Origin: Octopus sinensis
Lineage: Eukaryota
Assembly: GCF_006345805.1 (NCBI RefSeq)
Contig: NC_043004.1
Location: 74,338,001-74,402,000, forward strand
Direction: 5' to 3'
Length of the DNA stretch: 64,000 nt
Below the pieces are notes generated by a model. The model was not told where the DNA came from, made no database searches, and was given only the letters and a program-made list of their open reading frames with translations. The position numbers and the translations under genes were made by a program. The first letter of the stretch is position 1; the number at the start of each line of letters is the position of its first letter. Below are positions 61,325 through 64,000 of the stretch, in pieces.

Positions 61325-61415
61325 TTACCTTTTTACTTGTTTCAGTCATTTGATTGTGGCCATGCTGGAGCACCGCATTTAGTCGAACAAATCCACCCTA
61401 GGACTCATTCTTTTT
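61325..61415 (-). mobile_element. SINE family 3 tail fragment
   Basis: Reverse complement of GCGGTGCTCCAGCATGGCCACAATCAAATGACTGAAACAAGTAAAA. Confidence 0.8.
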
Positions 61416-62832
61416 CAGATAGAATATTGTTTAAATAGAGCAGCACTGTTGTTCTTTCTTTTTAGTCAAATTTTGTTGTTCAGGTCATATTCTCTTTTAG
61501 GATATCTAATTAATCAGATTATTATTGATTCTGTCAGTTTTCAATCAATTACAACTATCGATCATGACAGAAGTTATAATGAGAACATCTGTTGCAACTT
61601 AGTGGATCTCTTTGACAAGCATCGACCAAAAGAAAGATAAATGAAATATAAATTTTGAAAATTTAAATTTTACAATTACACACACATAATGCACAAACAC
61701 ACGCACACATACACACACGTATGTGTGTGTATGTGTGTGTGTTTGTGTATGCGTGTGTGAAAAATGTATAAACAAACAATGTAACGTATACTGGATGTAA
61801 AAATGATGGGAACACAAACAGGAGGTTCGTAATTTTTCATCAGTTATCGACCAACTGGTATAATTCAGTTTCGCACCCTTAACGGTAAGACTGAGTAATT
61901 TCCAATTGGCGGTGCCCCCTAAAAGAATGTTTTCTTACGGAGAATTAGGGATAAGAGTAAATAAAAGAAAACAAAACAAGCAAAACAACACAGCGTATGA
62001 TTTAGGACGGTGGACGAAGACGAACAGTCGAACTAAATATGGCCTTGGGGCCACGGAGACAAGAACAGTGGGTAATGCTTATAAAATGTCTTGAAGGTGC
62101 AGGAGTAACTGTATGGTGAGAAGCTTGCTTCTCGGCGGTTTGTGATACAATGCCGGCGTGTCTCGAAGTACCTTCCGTGGGAGTTGTGCCACCGAAGGTG
62201 GAAACTGTAGATCCTTCCCATGCTGTGGAGGAGGAGTTTGTGGTCTTCTTCCATAAGGGAGGGACAATAGAAAACTTCATTAAGAGGTTTAAAAGGAAAG
62301 GCCGAAGGGAGGGGATTCTATCCTGCACGGAGGACCCTGACTGGCCTTCGCAGGTGGCTGCGGAGAGCATATGAGAAACGGATCTGTGCAGGATAATGAA
62401 CTCCTTCCCGTCGGGCACTTTTAATTTTGCATTAAAGCGGCGGGACTTGACACCGTCCAGGTGTTTGACCAAGGCAAGAAGTCTAGTCGGGCAGGAAGAT
62501 TTATACTTAATTAAAGTAAGAGGCTTAGTGCCTCATTTGTATTGTTTCATTGATTTATAATTGACTTGTGTAAGAGGTTCACTGCCTCACTATGGCTTTC
62601 TTGTTCTCAATGCAAAAGGTTTATTGCCTCCTTGATGTCTTACTACGTAAGAGGTTTGTTGCCTCAATATGATACTTATAAGAACAATGTACTCAGGTAA
62701 ACAACAATCGGTGGGCGTTGCTGTTGCCCTCATTATTATCATATCGTTTACCATTTCATCTCATTATATCCTTGTCCAGCTCGCAACTTCCTTTCTTCGT
62801 AAGGCCTTTATGGCCAATTTAATGAATAAAAG

Positions 62833-63190
62833 AAGCTTGCTTCCCAACCACATGATTCTAAGTCCAATCTCACTGCGGAGAATTTTGGGCAAGTGTCTTC
62901 TACTATAACTTCGGGCCGAGCAAAGCTTTGTGAGTGGAGTTGACAGACGGAAACTGAAAGAAGCCCGTCGTATAAACACATATATGTATATATTTGTGTG
63001 TCTGTATTTGTCACCCCACCATCGCTTGGCAACAATGTTCGAGTGTTTACTTCCCCGTAATTTAACGGTTCGGCAAAAGAGACCGATAGAATAAGTACTA
63101 GGCTTACAAAGAATGAGTTTGTTCGGCTAAAGGCGGTGCTCCAGCATGGCTGCAGTCAAAATGACTGAAACGAGTAAAAGAATAAAAGAA
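62833..63190 (+). mobile_element. SINE family 3, nearly full length
   Basis: AGCTTGCTTCCCAACCACATG head remnant, body, internal microsatellite and LINE-like tail. Confidence 0.88.
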
Positions 63191-63359
63191 TATATATCAC
63201 TCAACTCAAATAAAATATTTTATTAAGCTCTACTATGTTATTGAGTAATATTTTTTCCGATAGTGTACATATTGTATACGTATACGTATACGTGTACATA
63301 TATCTTATCTATCGATACATACATATATGTGTTTGTATGTGTGCGTGTGTACATACATA

Positions 63360-63386
63360 CTTATACATACACACACACACACGCGC

Positions 63387-63425
<39 letters not shown>

Positions 63426-63431
63426 TGTGTG

Positions 63432-63464
<33 letters not shown>

Positions 63465-63465
63465 G

Positions 63466-63520
<55 letters not shown>
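63360..63520. repeat. (TG)n microsatellite
   Basis: Direct reading of the sequence. Confidence 0.97.
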
Positions 63521-63525
<5 letters not shown>

Positions 63526-63571
63526 CATTTGAGAATCCGATTCGAAATTTCTAGGACTGAACATGTTGTAA

Positions 63572-63710
63572 GTAGGGGTTGTAAAAAATTAATTGATGAA
63601 AAATTAATCGCATTATATTGGTCTAATTAATTTATTGGAGTCGTACTGCCAATTAAAACAATTGATTGCTATCATATCAATTAATTGCAATTAATTACAG
63701 TTAATTGCAA
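63572..63710 (+). mobile_element. Possible hAT-type element end with AATTAA subterminal repeats
   Basis: TAGGGGTTGTAAAA followed by clustered AATTAA/TTAATC motifs; the other end is not in the window. Confidence 0.35.
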
Positions 63711-64000
63711 CATTGTCAGCGAAAGTTTTTCAAATGGCTCACACTTCATTCGACGTTCAATTGGCAAATACAGCGTTCTGTTATTATTTGAGGAATTGTG
63801 TTGGCGCTTTGTTCTGGCTGCTGAGAATGATTCATACATTTTGTCGTGCTTAGGAATTGGCTATTTTGTATGTTGTCAAATAATCGCTGCCGAGTGATTC
63901 TTGGTTCTGACTGTCGAGAATGATTCACACATTCCGTCTTCAAGTCATTAAATCCTAACTTCGCCTGCAACGCGGTTGTATTTTGAATTCCGCTCCAGCA

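Overview
AT-rich, microsatellite-dense eukaryotic DNA made up mostly of transposable-element debris. The tRNA-derived SINE families and (TA/TG)n fields resemble those I know from octopus genomes; this is an inference, as no search was run. I could not identify a host gene with confidence, and most ORFs in the supplied track are microsatellite artefacts. Recognisable elements are Penelope-like elements (PLEs, including an intact RT-less GIY-YIG ORF), CR1-group, R4/Dong and RTE LINE remnants, Tc1/mariner, hAT, Helitron, MITEs and at least three SINE families. The main finding is a cluster of type I hammerhead ribozyme (HHR) motifs from about eight sequence families: nine have intact CUGANGA/GAAA cores, two have one core substitution and one is decayed. 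Several have a greatly extended, covarying stem II. One family forms a ~420-nt head-to-tail, retrozyme-like dimer plus an inverted, terminally redundant monomer (17.3-18.5 kb), and another forms a ~600-bp inverted pair with two intact HHRs (33.0-34.5 kb). All folds were done by eye, and element boundaries are approximate unless motif positions are given.
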